Assembly: GCA_964403695.1 (NCBI GenBank)
Contig: CAYOHF010000001.1
Coordinates: forward strand, 38,181-102,180
Reading direction: 5' to 3'
Origin: an uncultured Woeseiaceae bacterium
GTDB taxonomy: Bacteria > Pseudomonadota > Gammaproteobacteria > Steroidobacterales > Woeseiaceae
Length of the DNA: 64,000 nucleotides
Translations under genes and position numbers: made by a program
The notes under the pieces: generated by a model
Told to the model about the DNA's origin: nothing
Seen by the model: only the letters and a program-made list of their open reading frames with translations
The model's database searches: none
In this document: positions 63,579 through 64,000 of the stretch, in pieces
How positions within the stretch are numbered: position 1 is the stretch's first letter
Layout of the letters: the number at the start of each line of letters is the position of its first letter

Positions 63579-64000
63579 CTAACGAGCAACGATTGCCGAC
63601 CAATATTGTTTCCAGCCACTCGCGTGTGAACAGGACTGCACGATACGTCGCTCTGCATTCTTTGCGGTGGCAAAATATGCATCCGTAATCTGCGGCGGAA
63701 TAATGTGATCATCCCGGCACTGCCAATGGATTTCTGACATCAAACCAGGCAGGGCCGCTGCAGAGTCGAGAGGACCAAGATCATTGAGCGGCGAGTACTC
63801 ATGGAATTCTGTCCATGCCCGGGGATCCAGGTTGGCAGCGATCGTTGTAATTGCTACCAGGTGGTCAACGCATGAGCGCATGCCAACGACGATCGTGCCA
63901 CCACCCGAATAGCCGATTAGTTGCACGCTCTGTGCGCCGTACTGACGTGTAATCTCGTTGGCCGCGAGACACATGCTGTCGACGATCTCGCGTCCGTAGC
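63579..64000 (-). CDS. alpha/beta-hydrolase-like protein, 5' end beyond the window
   Basis: The reading frame stays open to the window edge (…YGREIVDSMCLAANEI…). A nucleophile-elbow-like G-Y-S-G-G (IGYSGGG) is present. The family is not resolved. Confidence 0.45.
   Translation of the reverse strand, partial: YGREIVDSMCLAANEITRQYGAQSVQLIGYSGGGTIVVGMRSCVDHLVAITTIAANLDPRAWTEFHEYSPLNDLGPLDSAAALPGLMSEIHWQCRDDHIIPPQITDAYFATAKNAERRIVQSCSHASGWKQYWSAIVAR

Overview
This is a 64-kb chromosomal window from a gammaproteobacterium. Gene order resembles Pseudomonadales/Cellvibrionales-type marine lineages, but the taxon cannot be fixed from sequence alone. I saw no rRNA, tRNA, CRISPR array, IS element or prophage.

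Positions 1-25 kb are conserved housekeeping backbone: coaBC'-dut, pyrE, xthA, ampG plus a Rieske protein, trmB, ubiE-ubiJ-ubiB, DUF971, hslVU, xerC plus DUF484, an orphan ParA-like ATPase, an SDR, algZ-algR-hemC-hemD-hemX-hemY (the order I recall from Pseudomonas), ubiK-like, yifB/comM and cytochrome c5.

Positions 25-41 kb look more accessory. They hold an M1 metallopeptidase, an amidohydrolase, several secreted or outer-membrane proteins of unknown function, two tandem paralogous TPR membrane proteins (one with a CadC/ToxR-like winged-helix domain), and a LysR / AhpD-like / Tat-signal nitronate monooxygenase unit.

The standout is 41.4-57.4 kb (possibly to 59.0 kb), a near-gapless minus-strand cluster encoding:
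- a cytoplasmic FAD/NAD(P) oxidoreductase with two cNMP-binding domains and a poly-ferredoxin tail;
- a membrane protein with two His-X13-His helices (di-haem-b signature);
- an FHA-like-domain/TM/10xCXXCH fusion;
- a tandem GlcG/HbpS-like lipoprotein;
- a large predicted outer-membrane barrel;
- a 1266-aa 10xCXXCH protein with a C-terminal LVIVD-type beta-propeller;
- a c554-like multihaem protein;
- a tail-anchored PP2C phosphatase and a tail-anchored double-FHA protein, with no Ser/Thr kinase.

I read this as a candidate, apparently undescribed, trans-envelope electron-transfer or redox-sensing system under phospho-threonine and cyclic-nucleotide control. That function is inference only.

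Upstream lie an autotransporter-type barrel and a secreted Sel1/coiled-coil/caspase-like protein whose catalytic-His position reads Arg. Intergenic DNA carries two families of REP-like palindromes, a perfect 35-bp hairpin nested inside a REP pair, and a perfect CRP-consensus palindrome.
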